Assembly (NCBI GenBank): GCA_003220335.1
Contig: QHSB01000085.1
Coordinates: forward strand, 1-54,803
Source of the DNA: Candidatus Rokuibacteriota bacterium
GTDB taxonomy: Bacteria; Methylomirabilota; Methylomirabilia; Rokubacteriales; CSP1-6
Reading direction: 5' to 3'
Length of the DNA stretch: 54,803 nucleotides
Shown here one piece after another: positions 37,442 to 46,069 of the stretch (its first letter is position 1; each line of letters starts with the position of its first letter). A program made the position numbers and the translations under genes. The notes under the pieces were generated by a model. That model did no database searches. It worked only from the letters and a program-made list of their open reading frames with translations, and was not told the origin of the DNA.

Positions 37442-39522
37442 CGGCGTTTCGCGTAGACCTCGAGGGAAGGCCCGAGCAGCCAGCGGCCCCGCGAGGCCGC
37501 GGCGGCGAGCGCGGCCAGCGTGCGCACCGCCGCCCCGAGCGCGCGCCCCGCGCCGCCACCAGGCGCGCCCGCAAGATCGGAGTTGATCACGTCCACCACG
37601 TCGAAGCCGGCGCCGGTCAGCAGCCGCACGAGCGCCCCGCGGCCGAAGGCGAAGACGTGCACGATGGGAAACGCGTCGAGGCCGCGCAGTCGCGCGAGCG
37701 GCCCGAGTCGCGCGAGCGCGCTCGCCGCCGTCGCGTGAACGGGGCCGTTCGGCACCCGCACCACGAGCAGACCGCCCGGGCGCAGCACGCGCGCGGCCTC
37801 CTCGAGCGTGCGGCGCGCGGCCGCCGTGTGGTCGAGGACGTTGACGAGCGTGACCGCGTCGAGCGCGCCGGCGCGGAAGGGCAGCGCGGTCGCCTCGGCC
37901 TGGGCGATCGGCGCGGCCGCCGTGTCGCGCGCGGCGACACACGCCGCGTGAGAAAGATCGGTGCCGACGCCGCGCCAGCCGTCGCTCTGCGCCGCGCTCA
38001 GGAAATGACCGCTGCCGCAGCCGACGTCCAGCAGCCGGCCCGGCGCCGTCTGGCGCCGCGCCTGGGCGAGCACGCCCGCGAGCATCTCGCGGCGCGGCGT
38101 GCCGATGCGCGAGGGCGTGAACATCCGCGGATAGGCCGTCTCGTAGCGCAGCCGCAGCTCGGCGTCGGTCGGGATCGTCGCGAGCGCGCGCGCGCCGCAG
38201 GCGGCGCAGCGGCGGTAGAGCAGCCCGCGGTACGCGAGCCGCGCCGGACCGAGCGGTTCACCACAGGCCTCGCACGCCGCCGCGGGCAGCGGCGTCGCCG
38301 CGCCGTCCACGAGCCGCACCAGCTCGCTCTCGAGCGAGGCGATCGCGCGCTCCCAGCCGTAGTGCCGCTCGGCGTACGCCCGCGCCGCGTCCCGCAGCCG
38401 CGCGACGGCGCCCGGCTCGTGCTCGAGTCGCCGGAGGAATCCGACGAGGCGCTCGCCAATCGCCTCCGGCGTGGCGGCGTCGAACACGAGCCCCGGATCG
38501 AGCGGGTCGAGCAGCTCGGGCGTGGCGCCGACCGGCGTGCCGAGCACCGGGGTGCCGCACGCGAGGGCCTCGACGGTCACGAGCCCGAAGCCCTCCAGCT
38601 CGCGCGTGGGCAGCACGAAGCAATCGGCGGCCTGGTAGTAGAGCGGCAGGTCGGCGTCCGGCACGAAGCCGAGGAAGCGCACGTGCTCGGCGATGCCGAG
38701 CGAGCGGGCGAGCGCCTCGAGGTCGGCGCGCCGCGAGCCCGCGCCGGCGATGAGGAGCTGGGCATCCGCCCGGCGCGACACCACGAGCGGCATGGCACGC
38801 AGCAATGTGTCGAGTCCCATCCGTAGCTCGAGGTTGCGCACGGTGAGCAGGAGCGGCGCCTCCTTGGGCAGGTCGAGCCGCGCGCGGACGGCCGCGCGGT
38901 CGTCCGCGGGCCGGAAGAGCCTCAGATCCACTCCGCCCGGAATCTTCACGAGCCGGTCGGCGGCGATGCGGTAGAGCTGCCAGAGCTGCCCGGCCGCGTA
39001 GTCGCTGAGCACCTGGATTCGGCTGGCGCGCCGCAGGCACGCGCGCTCGAGACCCCAGAGGGCAGTGGCGCCCAGCCAGCCGGTCACCCCGCCGACGTGG
39101 TGCCGCGTCATTCGCTCACGCGAGCGATATTCGAGCGGCGCCGGGGACAGGAATGTGTAGAGCACCGGCCGCCCCCGCGCGGCCGGCAGGCCGAGCACGC
39201 CATAGCCGGCCAGCGGCTGGAAGACGTTGAGCACGTCGACGGGGGACTCCGCGAGGACGGCACGCGCGGCGCGGCGCGCCGCGAGCACCGCCTCTCGCAG
39301 GAAGCCGGCCCGCGTCCGGCGGCCGGCGGCGAAGAGGACCAGGCGTACGCCCTCACGCACGAGCGTCGTCGCCGGCGTGCCGTCGGCAGCGCGGCCGAGC
39401 ACCGTCACCGCGTGACCGCGGCGCGCCAGCCCGCGTGCGTGCTCCCACAGCAGCCGCTCCGCCCCGCCTCCCGTGGTGAGCGGCGAGACGTCGGAGACCA
39501 TCAGAAGGCTCAGCGCCCTCAC
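37438..39522 (-). CDS. Fusion protein: GT4 glycosyltransferase + Cys4 zinc-ribbon + class I SAM-dependent methyltransferase
   Basis: Trimmed to GTG 39522 (GTGA overlap; an alternative ATG is 7 codons in). N-terminal half: MVSDVSPLTTGGGAERL...PTRELEGFGLVTVEALACGTPVLGT. Linker: CEACGEPLGPARLAYRGLLYRRCAACG. C-terminal half: LLDVGCGSGHFL...LRPGGLLVVRVPN. Confidence 0.8.
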   Translation of the reverse strand: MRALSLLMVSDVSPLTTGGGAERLLWEHARGLARRGHAVTVLGRAADGTPATTLVREGVRLVLFAAGRRTRAGFLREAVLAARRAARAVLAESPVDVLNVFQPLAGYGVLGLPAARGRPVLYTFLSPAPLEYRSRERMTRHHVGGVTGWLGATALWGLERACLRRASRIQVLSDYAAGQLWQLYRIAADRLVKIPGGVDLRLFRPADDRAAVRARLDLPKEAPLLLTVRNLELRMGLDTLLRAMPLVVSRRADAQLLIAGAGSRRADLEALARSLGIAEHVRFLGFVPDADLPLYYQAADCFVLPTRELEGFGLVTVEALACGTPVLGTPVGATPELLDPLDPGLVFDAATPEAIGERLVGFLRRLEHEPGAVARLRDAARAYAERHYGWERAIASLESELVRLVDGAATPLPAAACEACGEPLGPARLAYRGLLYRRCAACGARALATIPTDAELRLRYETAYPRMFTPSRIGTPRREMLAGVLAQARRQTAPGRLLDVGCGSGHFLSAAQSDGWRGVGTDLSHAACVAARDTAAAPIAQAEATALPFRAGALDAVTLVNVLDHTAAARRTLEEAARVLRPGGLLVVRVPNGPVHATAASALARLGPLARLRGLDAFPIVHVFAFGRGALVRLLTGAGFDVVDVINSDLAGAPGGGAGRALGAAVRTLAALAAAASRGRWLLGPSLEVYAKRR

Positions 39523-41423
39523 GTCAATCTCCAGGCGGCCCGGCCATCGAGGTACTCGCGCATCCACAGCTCGAGGATGACGAGCGTCCAGATGCGGTCG
39601 CCGTGCGTGCGCGCACCGGCGAGGTGCTCGCGTACGAGCCGGGCGACGACCTCGGGCCTCCACAGGCCGCGCGCGCGCACGCGCTCCGGCGCCAGGGTGT
39701 CGTCGACCAGATCGCGCAGCGTCGTCCGCAGCCATCGGCTCAGCGGGATCATGAAGCCTTGCTTGCGCCGGTTGACCACCGTCGGCGGAAGGACGTCGGC
39801 GAAGGCGGCCTTGAGGAGCGCCTTGAGACGGAAGCCTTCGAGCTTGGCCGCCGCCGGGATGCTCAGGCTGAACTCGATGAGCCGGTGGTCGCAGAACGGC
39901 GCCCGCAGCTCGAGCGAGCGGGCCATGCTCATGCGGTCGGCCATCGTGAGGAGATCGTCCGGCAGGTAGGTGGCGAGGTCGATCCGCCACGCGCCGTCCA
40001 CCGCGTCGCCGTCACGGCGCCCCGCCCACGCCGCGCGATGCGGGGCCTCGACGTCGCTCCCGAAGTGACGGGCGAGCGCCGGCGTGGCCAGCGCGTCGAG
40101 GGCCTGCGCGTCGAAGAAGCGCGTCCAGCCGATGTAGCGCTCGGGCATCGGCCGGCCCGCGCCGTCGGCGAAGCGGCGCGCCCAGTCCCCGAGGTTGCGG
40201 CTCCCCGCCGAGTCCGGCAGCCACCGCGCGAGCGCCTCGGGCCCCGCGCGCAGCACGCGCGGCGCGCGCGCCCACGCCTCGGACAGGCGCACCCCGAGGT
40301 AGCGCGGGTAGCCGCCGAACGTCTCGTCGCCGCCGATGCCCGAGAGCGCGACCTTCAGGTGGCGCGCGGTGGCCTCGGCGACGACCAGCGTCGGGATGGC
40401 CGAGGAGTCGGCGAAGGGCTCGTCGACGTACCGCACGACCGCCGCCGCCAGGTCCGCCGCCTTGGGCTCGAGGACTTCCTCGTGGTGCTCGGTCTCGAAC
40501 CGCTGCGCGACGGCGCGGGCGTACGGCCGCTCGTCGTGCGAGAGGTCGGCGCCAAAGCCCACCGAGAAGGTGGCGAGGCGGCCGACGTTCAGCTCGCGCA
40601 TGCAGGCCACGATCACGCTCGAGTCCACGCCGCCGCTCAGGAATACCCCGAGGGGGACGTCCGCCTCGAGCCGCGCGCGCACGGCGTCGCGCACCTCGGC
40701 GCGCACGCGGCCGAGAAGCTCCTCGCGCGGCGCCGGGCGAGCGGCCGTCGCGGCGCCGGCGGGCAGCGTCCAGTAGCGCGCGACGCTCAGCACGCCGCCG
40801 GCCAGCGTCGCCGTGTGCCCGGGCGGCAGCTTCGCGATGCCGTCGAAGATCGAGCGCGCGGCGGGCGTGTAGCCGAAGGCCGCGTAGTGCTCGAGTGCCG
40901 TGAGATCGAGCGCGCGCCCCACGGCCGGATGCCGCAGCAGCGCCTTCGGTTCGGACGCGAAGACGAGCACGCCGTCACGGTGCCAGTAGTAGAGCGGCTT
41001 CTTGCCGACGCGGTCGCGCGCCAGGAACAGGCGCCGGCGGCGCGCGTCCCACACCGCGAAGGCGAACATGCCGCGCAGCCGGTCCACGCAGGCGGGACCG
41101 TACGCCTCCCACGCGCGCAGCAGCACCTCCGTGTCGCTGCGGGTGGCGAACCGGCGGCCGCGGGCCTGCAGCTCGCCGCGCAGGTCGCGGAAGTTGTAGA
41201 TCTCGCCATTGAAGACGAGCGTGACGGCGCCGTCCTCGCTTCGCATCGGCTGCTGGCCGGTGACGAGGTCGATGATCGACAGACGCGTCATCCCGAGCGC
41301 GGCCTCGCCGTCCAGATAGCGGCCGGTGTCGTCGGGGCCGCGGTGCTCGAGGATCTTCAGCATCGCGTCGAGGACCTCGCGGTTGCCGCCGCCCGCGCCG
41401 ACCCAGCCGGCGATGCCGCACAT
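39519..41423 (-). CDS. asnB: Asparagine synthase (glutamine-hydrolysing) family amidotransferase
   Basis: 634 aa. N-terminal nucleophile MCGIAGW and GEIYNFRDLRGEL. Synthetase domain SGGVDSS. Confidence 0.9.
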   Translation of the reverse strand: MCGIAGWVGAGGGNREVLDAMLKILEHRGPDDTGRYLDGEAALGMTRLSIIDLVTGQQPMRSEDGAVTLVFNGEIYNFRDLRGELQARGRRFATRSDTEVLLRAWEAYGPACVDRLRGMFAFAVWDARRRRLFLARDRVGKKPLYYWHRDGVLVFASEPKALLRHPAVGRALDLTALEHYAAFGYTPAARSIFDGIAKLPPGHTATLAGGVLSVARYWTLPAGAATAARPAPREELLGRVRAEVRDAVRARLEADVPLGVFLSGGVDSSVIVACMRELNVGRLATFSVGFGADLSHDERPYARAVAQRFETEHHEEVLEPKAADLAAAVVRYVDEPFADSSAIPTLVVAEATARHLKVALSGIGGDETFGGYPRYLGVRLSEAWARAPRVLRAGPEALARWLPDSAGSRNLGDWARRFADGAGRPMPERYIGWTRFFDAQALDALATPALARHFGSDVEAPHRAAWAGRRDGDAVDGAWRIDLATYLPDDLLTMADRMSMARSLELRAPFCDHRLIEFSLSIPAAAKLEGFRLKALLKAAFADVLPPTVVNRRKQGFMIPLSRWLRTTLRDLVDDTLAPERVRARGLWRPEVVARLVREHLAGARTHGDRIWTLVILELWMREYLDGRAAWRLT

Positions 41424-42538
41424 CAGCGCGTCGCCCCCACCGGCGCTCCGGCGAGGCTCTCGAGGAGGTCGAGCACGCGGCCGGCGGTGCGGTCGGGCGC
41501 AAAGTCGGACGCGCGCGCGCGGCCGCGGCGTCGCAGGGCGTCGCGATGCTCGGGCTCGAGGAGCACGCGCACCAGCGCCGCGGCGAGCGCGCCCTCGGCA
41601 CCCACGTCGACGACCGCCGCTCCCGGCCCCGCCACCTCCGGCAGCGCCCCCCGATCAGAGACGATCACCGGCGCGCCGCACGCCATCGCCTCCACCGCGG
41701 GCAGTCCGAAGCCCTCGTCGAGCGAGGGCAGCACGAAGGCCGCGCACGCGCTGTAGAGGCCCGGCAGGTCGGCGTCGCCGATCCGGCCCGGGAACACGAC
41801 GCTCGCCGTCACGTCGAGCACGCGCGCGAGGGCCTCGAGCCGCGGCCGGTGCTCGGTGTCGCCGCCCGCCAGCACGAGACGGTGCGCGGCGCGCAGCGTG
41901 GCCGGCAGCGATGCCCACGCGCGGAGCAGGCTGTCCACGTTCTTGTGCGGCTTGAAGTTGCCGACGAAGAGGACGTATGAGCCGGCGAGGCCGGAGCGCG
42001 CGCGCGCCGCGTCCGCGAGCGGTGTGGGGACGAACTCGGCGCCGACGGCCACGCCGATCACCGTCACCTTCGCCGGATCGACCTCGAGCCGCTGGATGAT
42101 GGCGCGACGCGAGTGCTCGGAGCCCGTCACGATCGCCCTCGCCCGGCGCGCGTAGAGGCGTGCGGCGGCGGTGAGCGCGGCGTCGCGCAGCGGCCGGCGC
42201 CGGCCGCCGTAGCCGATGAAGTAGAGGTCGTGGACGGTGAGCACGACCGGGCACGGCGCGACGACAGGCCCCTTGTAATAGGGCGAGAGAAATATGTCGG
42301 CGCCGGTGCGCCGGAGCGCGCGCGGCAGGGCCACCTGGTCCCACCAGCGCGTGCCGGGCGCCGCCAGCCGCGTGAAGGTGACGCCGGCCGGCGCGTCGGC
42401 CAGCACGGTGCGCGTGTCACCGTACACCGTCGAGCGCCAGCCGCGCGCGGCGGCGGCGCGCAGCACCTCGCGCACGTAGCGGCCGATGCCGGTGCGCGCC
42501 CCGGCCACCAGCTCGCGCCCGTCGAGGGCGAGCCGCAT
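41423..42538 (-). CDS. GT4-family glycosyltransferase
   Basis: Trimmed to ATG 42538 (MRLALDGRELVAGARTGIGRY, TGATG junction). PSLDEGFGLPAVEAMACGAPVIVS. Confidence 0.8.
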   Translation of the reverse strand: MRLALDGRELVAGARTGIGRYVREVLRAAAARGWRSTVYGDTRTVLADAPAGVTFTRLAAPGTRWWDQVALPRALRRTGADIFLSPYYKGPVVAPCPVVLTVHDLYFIGYGGRRRPLRDAALTAAARLYARRARAIVTGSEHSRRAIIQRLEVDPAKVTVIGVAVGAEFVPTPLADAARARSGLAGSYVLFVGNFKPHKNVDSLLRAWASLPATLRAAHRLVLAGGDTEHRPRLEALARVLDVTASVVFPGRIGDADLPGLYSACAAFVLPSLDEGFGLPAVEAMACGAPVIVSDRGALPEVAGPGAAVVDVGAEGALAAALVRVLLEPEHRDALRRRGRARASDFAPDRTAGRVLDLLESLAGAPVGATR

Positions 42539-43800
42539 CACGGCCGCCGCCGCGCGCGGAAGATCATCTCGGAGCCGCCGACGTAGCGGATGTCGAGCAC
42601 CGCGAAGCCGTGGCGGGCGAGGCTGGCCGCGAGGCCGGCACGCGTGTAGTGCGTGACGTGCTCGTGGGCGTAGGCGCCGGGCAGCACGCGGCCGTACACC
42701 CACTCGATCGCCCACCAGCGCCAGCGTCCGTAGTCGGGCGTGCCGGCGATCAGGGTCCCGCCCGGCCGCAGCACGCGTGCGGCCTCCGCGAGGTGGTCCT
42801 CGGCGTTGGTGACGTGCTCGATGACCTCGGAGGTGATGAGGGTGCCGACGCTGCCGTCGCGCAGCGGCAGCCCGTCGCCGCTCGCGCAGGTGAGCCGCGC
42901 GTGGTGCGCGCGCAGCCAGCGCAGCTTGCTGTGGCGGATGTCGATGCCCAGCGCCGTGGGCAGGTCCACGATGATCCGGCTCGAGCCGCAGCCGACGTCC
43001 ACCATCGGCCCCTCGCCCACCCAGCCCGTGATGATGCGATGGCGCGCGCGCTGCCAGTAGCGCTGCAGCCAGACGGCGCTGTCCCAGGCGCGGTAGTCGT
43101 AGTCGGCCGCGTCCACCGAGTTGCGCAGCTGCCACATCCGCGCCAGCGTGCGCGTCAGCGCCCAGCCGAACTTCACGAGCCGCGCGTGCGAACGACCCGA
43201 GCCGCGGGCCATGTAATGGAAGGGCACCTCGATCACCCGCCAGCCCCCGGCGTGGGCCCGGATCAGGACCTCCTCCAGGAAATCGAAGTCGCGCGCCGCG
43301 GGCCGGAGGCCCTCGAGCGCCTCGCGGCGATACATCCGAAAGCCGCTCGACAGGTCTCGCAGCGGCAGCGCCAGCACGCGCGCGTAGGTGCGGTTGAGCA
43401 CGTGGCTCAGCAGCCGGCGCAGGACGCCCATGTCCGCGCGGCCGCCGGGCACGTAACGCGAGGCGATGAGCACCTCGGCCTCGTGGCGACGCTTCCACAG
43501 CTCCTGCACGAACACGGGGCGGTGCGAGAGGTCGGCGTCCATCGTGAGGATCCACGGCGCCGTCGTCGCCGCGAACCCGGCCAGGAGCCCACCGCCGTAG
43601 CCGCGCTCGGTCTGTACGACCACCCGCGCGCCGCGCCGCGCCGCCACCTCGCGCGAGCCGTCGGTGGAGCCGCCGTCGGCGACGACGATCTCGGAGCTCA
43701 CGCCGAGGTCCTCCAGCACCTCGCGGAGCGCGGGCAGGAGCAGCGCGAGGTTCTCGCGCTCGTTCAGCGCGGGGATGACGACGGCGATCTGCGGCGTCAT
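42538..43800 (-). CDS. Fusion protein: DPM1/Ppm1-like GT2 polyprenyl-phosphate glycosyltransferase + SAM-dependent methyltransferase
   Basis: Trimmed to ATG 43800 (ATGA overlap). IAVVIPALNERENL...VVADGGSTDGS...TMDADLSH...RDLSSGFRMYRREAL is the DPM1/GtrB-like pattern. The C-terminal half has MVDVGCGSSRII...SEVIEHV...LRPGGTLIAGTPDY. Confidence 0.8.
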   Translation of the reverse strand: MTPQIAVVIPALNERENLALLLPALREVLEDLGVSSEIVVADGGSTDGSREVAARRGARVVVQTERGYGGGLLAGFAATTAPWILTMDADLSHRPVFVQELWKRRHEAEVLIASRYVPGGRADMGVLRRLLSHVLNRTYARVLALPLRDLSSGFRMYRREALEGLRPAARDFDFLEEVLIRAHAGGWRVIEVPFHYMARGSGRSHARLVKFGWALTRTLARMWQLRNSVDAADYDYRAWDSAVWLQRYWQRARHRIITGWVGEGPMVDVGCGSSRIIVDLPTALGIDIRHSKLRWLRAHHARLTCASGDGLPLRDGSVGTLITSEVIEHVTNAEDHLAEAARVLRPGGTLIAGTPDYGRWRWWAIEWVYGRVLPGAYAHEHVTHYTRAGLAASLARHGFAVLDIRYVGGSEMIFRARRRP

Positions 43801-45914
43801 CGGGTCGTCTCCCGGAGGCGGCGGGCGAGCAGCCACGCGAGGAGCGCGACGCCCGCCGTCTTGCCGGTCAGCAGCAGCGAGGGCACGCCCGTGTGCAGCG
43901 CCGGGAAGCGCTCGAGCGAGTAGCGCGCGCCCAGCAGCACGGCCGCCGCGACCAGCGGAGCACTCGCCCGCGGCGAGGCGTCCGGCGCCAGCACCAGCAG
44001 CGCCAGCGGCAGCAGGAGCACGACGAGATGGGGCTCCTCGGCGATGGGCGCCACGAGCGGCACCGCCGCCACGGCGAGGCCGAAGGCCCAGTCGAACGCG
44101 GGCGTCCCGGGCACCGGGCGACCGCGCACGGCGTACCCGAGCACGGCGACGATCGTCAGGCTCGCGGCCAGCGCGAGCGGCTCCACCGCCCGCGCGCCGA
44201 GCGCGCCGTCGAGCAGCCGGTGGAGGGCGGCGTGCGGCGTGAGATTCGGGCTCCAGGCGTGCAGGTATGCCGGCATCGCGAGCGCGTGGCGCGCCCAGTC
44301 GACGTGCGCGGGGAGACCGACGGCGGCCACGCCGATGGCGAGCCCGACGGCGGCCACAGCAGCGGCGCGATAGGCGACGGCGCGCTGGCCCATCCACCAC
44401 AGGGCGGCGATGGGAAGGCCGAACTGCGGTTTGATGTGAACGGTGAGGCCGAGCGCCAGCGCGGCCGGCCACGGCCGCTCGTTGCGGGCGCCCCACCAGC
44501 CGAGGGCCAGGAGAAACAACAGGGCGACGTTCGTCTGGCCGAGGTAGAGCGTCTCCACGAGCGGCTGGAAGAGCGCGATGATCGCGAGGATCGCGACGAG
44601 GCGCATGGGCTCGACCGCGCGCTGGCGCACCACGAGCGCCGCCGTCGCGACCAGCAGCGCCTGGCCCAGCGCGAGCCACGCGAGGGCGGAGGCGCGGAAC
44701 GGCAGCCACGTCCACGGCCGCATCGCGACGTAGAAGAGCGGCGGGTACTTCAGCGGCGCGCCGGCCGAGCGCAGGCCGAGCGCCTCGTTGAGCCGCGCGG
44801 TCGCCGAGGGATCGAACGGGTCGCCGCCGCGCGCGACGTGGATGGCGTAGGCGTAGTAGTGCGCGAAGTCGATGAAGCCGCTATCGGCGGCGATCCGTAG
44901 CACCGTCCCCGCATAGGCCGCGAGCAGCAGGGCGGCGACCAGCGCCAGCGCGGTGGCCGCCGGCACGCGCGCCCGCGGCGCGACCGCGACGTCGGCGCGG
45001 CAGGCGGCGCTCGCCTGCGCGCGGGCGGCGAGCGGCGCCGATCCCGTGAGCCGCGCCGCGAGGCCGAGCGTGGCCGTCCGCACGGCCAGCTCCAGCGAGA
45101 CGAGCGCGCCCGCCACCCCACCACCCCAGCCCGGGAAGTGCTTGTCGAAGTACGCGACGCGGCTCAGATACGCGTGGCGCAGCATGCGCCCCGGACTCCG
45201 GGCGGTCGAGGCGCCCCAGTGGTGCACGGCAACCGCGTGCGGCACGTAGCGCAGGCGGAAGCCGGCGGCGCCGAGGCGGGCACAGAGGTCGACGTCCTCC
45301 ATGTACATGAAGAAGCGCTCGTCGAAGCCGTTGACGGCCTCGAACGCCGTGCGGCGCACGAGCACGCAGGCGGCCCCGCCCCAGGCCACGTCGTGCGTCG
45401 TCGCGTGACGGCGCAGCGTGCCGCGCAGGAGGGCGCGCTTGAGCGCGGGGGCGCGGTAGAGCGCGTAGCGGAGCGACGACGCGAAGACGACGTCGCCGGC
45501 CTGCGTCCACGGCGTCGGCAGCGCTCCGTGGACGGAGGGCTGCAGGGTGCCGTCGGCGTTGACGAGCCGCGCGAAGACGCCGCCGAGCGCGGCCTCGGCG
45601 TCGAGCGCGCCGAGCAGCGTGGTGAGCGCGCCGGGGGCGAGCTCGCAGTCGCTGTTGAGCATCAAGATGGCGCGTCCCGTGCCCGCCGCCGCGCCCGCGT
45701 TGCTGGCGCGGCCGAAGCCGACGTTGTCGCGGCTCTGGATCAGGCGCGCACGCGGAAACTTCTCGGCGACCATCGCCTGCGAGCCGTCGGTCGAGCCGTT
45801 GTCGACGACGATCGTCTCCACGCGCAGGCCCTCGGCGGCATCCTCGAGCGCGGCCAGGCAGCGCGCGAGGTGCTCGCGCGTGTTCCAGGAGACGACGACG
45901 GTCGTCACGTCCAT
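43797..45914 (-). CDS. Fusion protein: soluble GT2 (WbbL/rhamnosyltransferase-like) + polytopic GT87/DUF2029-like membrane domain
   Basis: I start it at ATG 45914 (MDVTTVVVSWNTREHL...VDNGSTDGS...NVGFGRASNAG...YMEDVDLC). From about aa 340 there are 10 or more TM helices, with a first-loop motif DSGFIDFAHYYAYAIHVARGGDPFD. The track start 46073 (GTG) would add 53 aa encoded by the intergenic repeat (see findings). Confidence 0.75.
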   Translation of the reverse strand: MDVTTVVVSWNTREHLARCLAALEDAAEGLRVETIVVDNGSTDGSQAMVAEKFPRARLIQSRDNVGFGRASNAGAAAGTGRAILMLNSDCELAPGALTTLLGALDAEAALGGVFARLVNADGTLQPSVHGALPTPWTQAGDVVFASSLRYALYRAPALKRALLRGTLRRHATTHDVAWGGAACVLVRRTAFEAVNGFDERFFMYMEDVDLCARLGAAGFRLRYVPHAVAVHHWGASTARSPGRMLRHAYLSRVAYFDKHFPGWGGGVAGALVSLELAVRTATLGLAARLTGSAPLAARAQASAACRADVAVAPRARVPAATALALVAALLLAAYAGTVLRIAADSGFIDFAHYYAYAIHVARGGDPFDPSATARLNEALGLRSAGAPLKYPPLFYVAMRPWTWLPFRASALAWLALGQALLVATAALVVRQRAVEPMRLVAILAIIALFQPLVETLYLGQTNVALLFLLALGWWGARNERPWPAALALGLTVHIKPQFGLPIAALWWMGQRAVAYRAAAVAAVGLAIGVAAVGLPAHVDWARHALAMPAYLHAWSPNLTPHAALHRLLDGALGARAVEPLALAASLTIVAVLGYAVRGRPVPGTPAFDWAFGLAVAAVPLVAPIAEEPHLVVLLLPLALLVLAPDASPRASAPLVAAAVLLGARYSLERFPALHTGVPSLLLTGKTAGVALLAWLLARRLRETTR

Positions 45915-45921
45915 TCTTACT

Positions 45922-46054
45922 GGGGGCCCCGACATGGCCCCCAGACCCCCAGCGCTCGGACGCGCCCCGGCGGAGCCGGGGCGCGCCTCGGGGTTGGCCC
46001 CCAGACCCCCAGCGCTCGGACGCGCCCCGGCGGAGCCGGGGCGCGCCTCGGGGT
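45922..46054 (+). repeat. Bipartite GC-palindromic element, copy C, with perfect 60-bp tandem duplication
   Basis: Core gggggccccgacatggccccc (45922-45942). Hairpin module cgcgccccgg-cggag-ccggggcgcg at 45961-45985 and again at 46021-46045. 45935-45994 and 45995-46054 are identical. Confidence 0.9.
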
Positions 46055-46069
46055 CGCCCACAGGATGTG

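Noticed and set aside
45935-46054. The 60-bp direct repeat considered as a possible CRISPR array.
   Set aside because: There are only two units, they are directly adjacent with no spacers, there are no cas genes, and the unit belongs to a dispersed palindromic element family.
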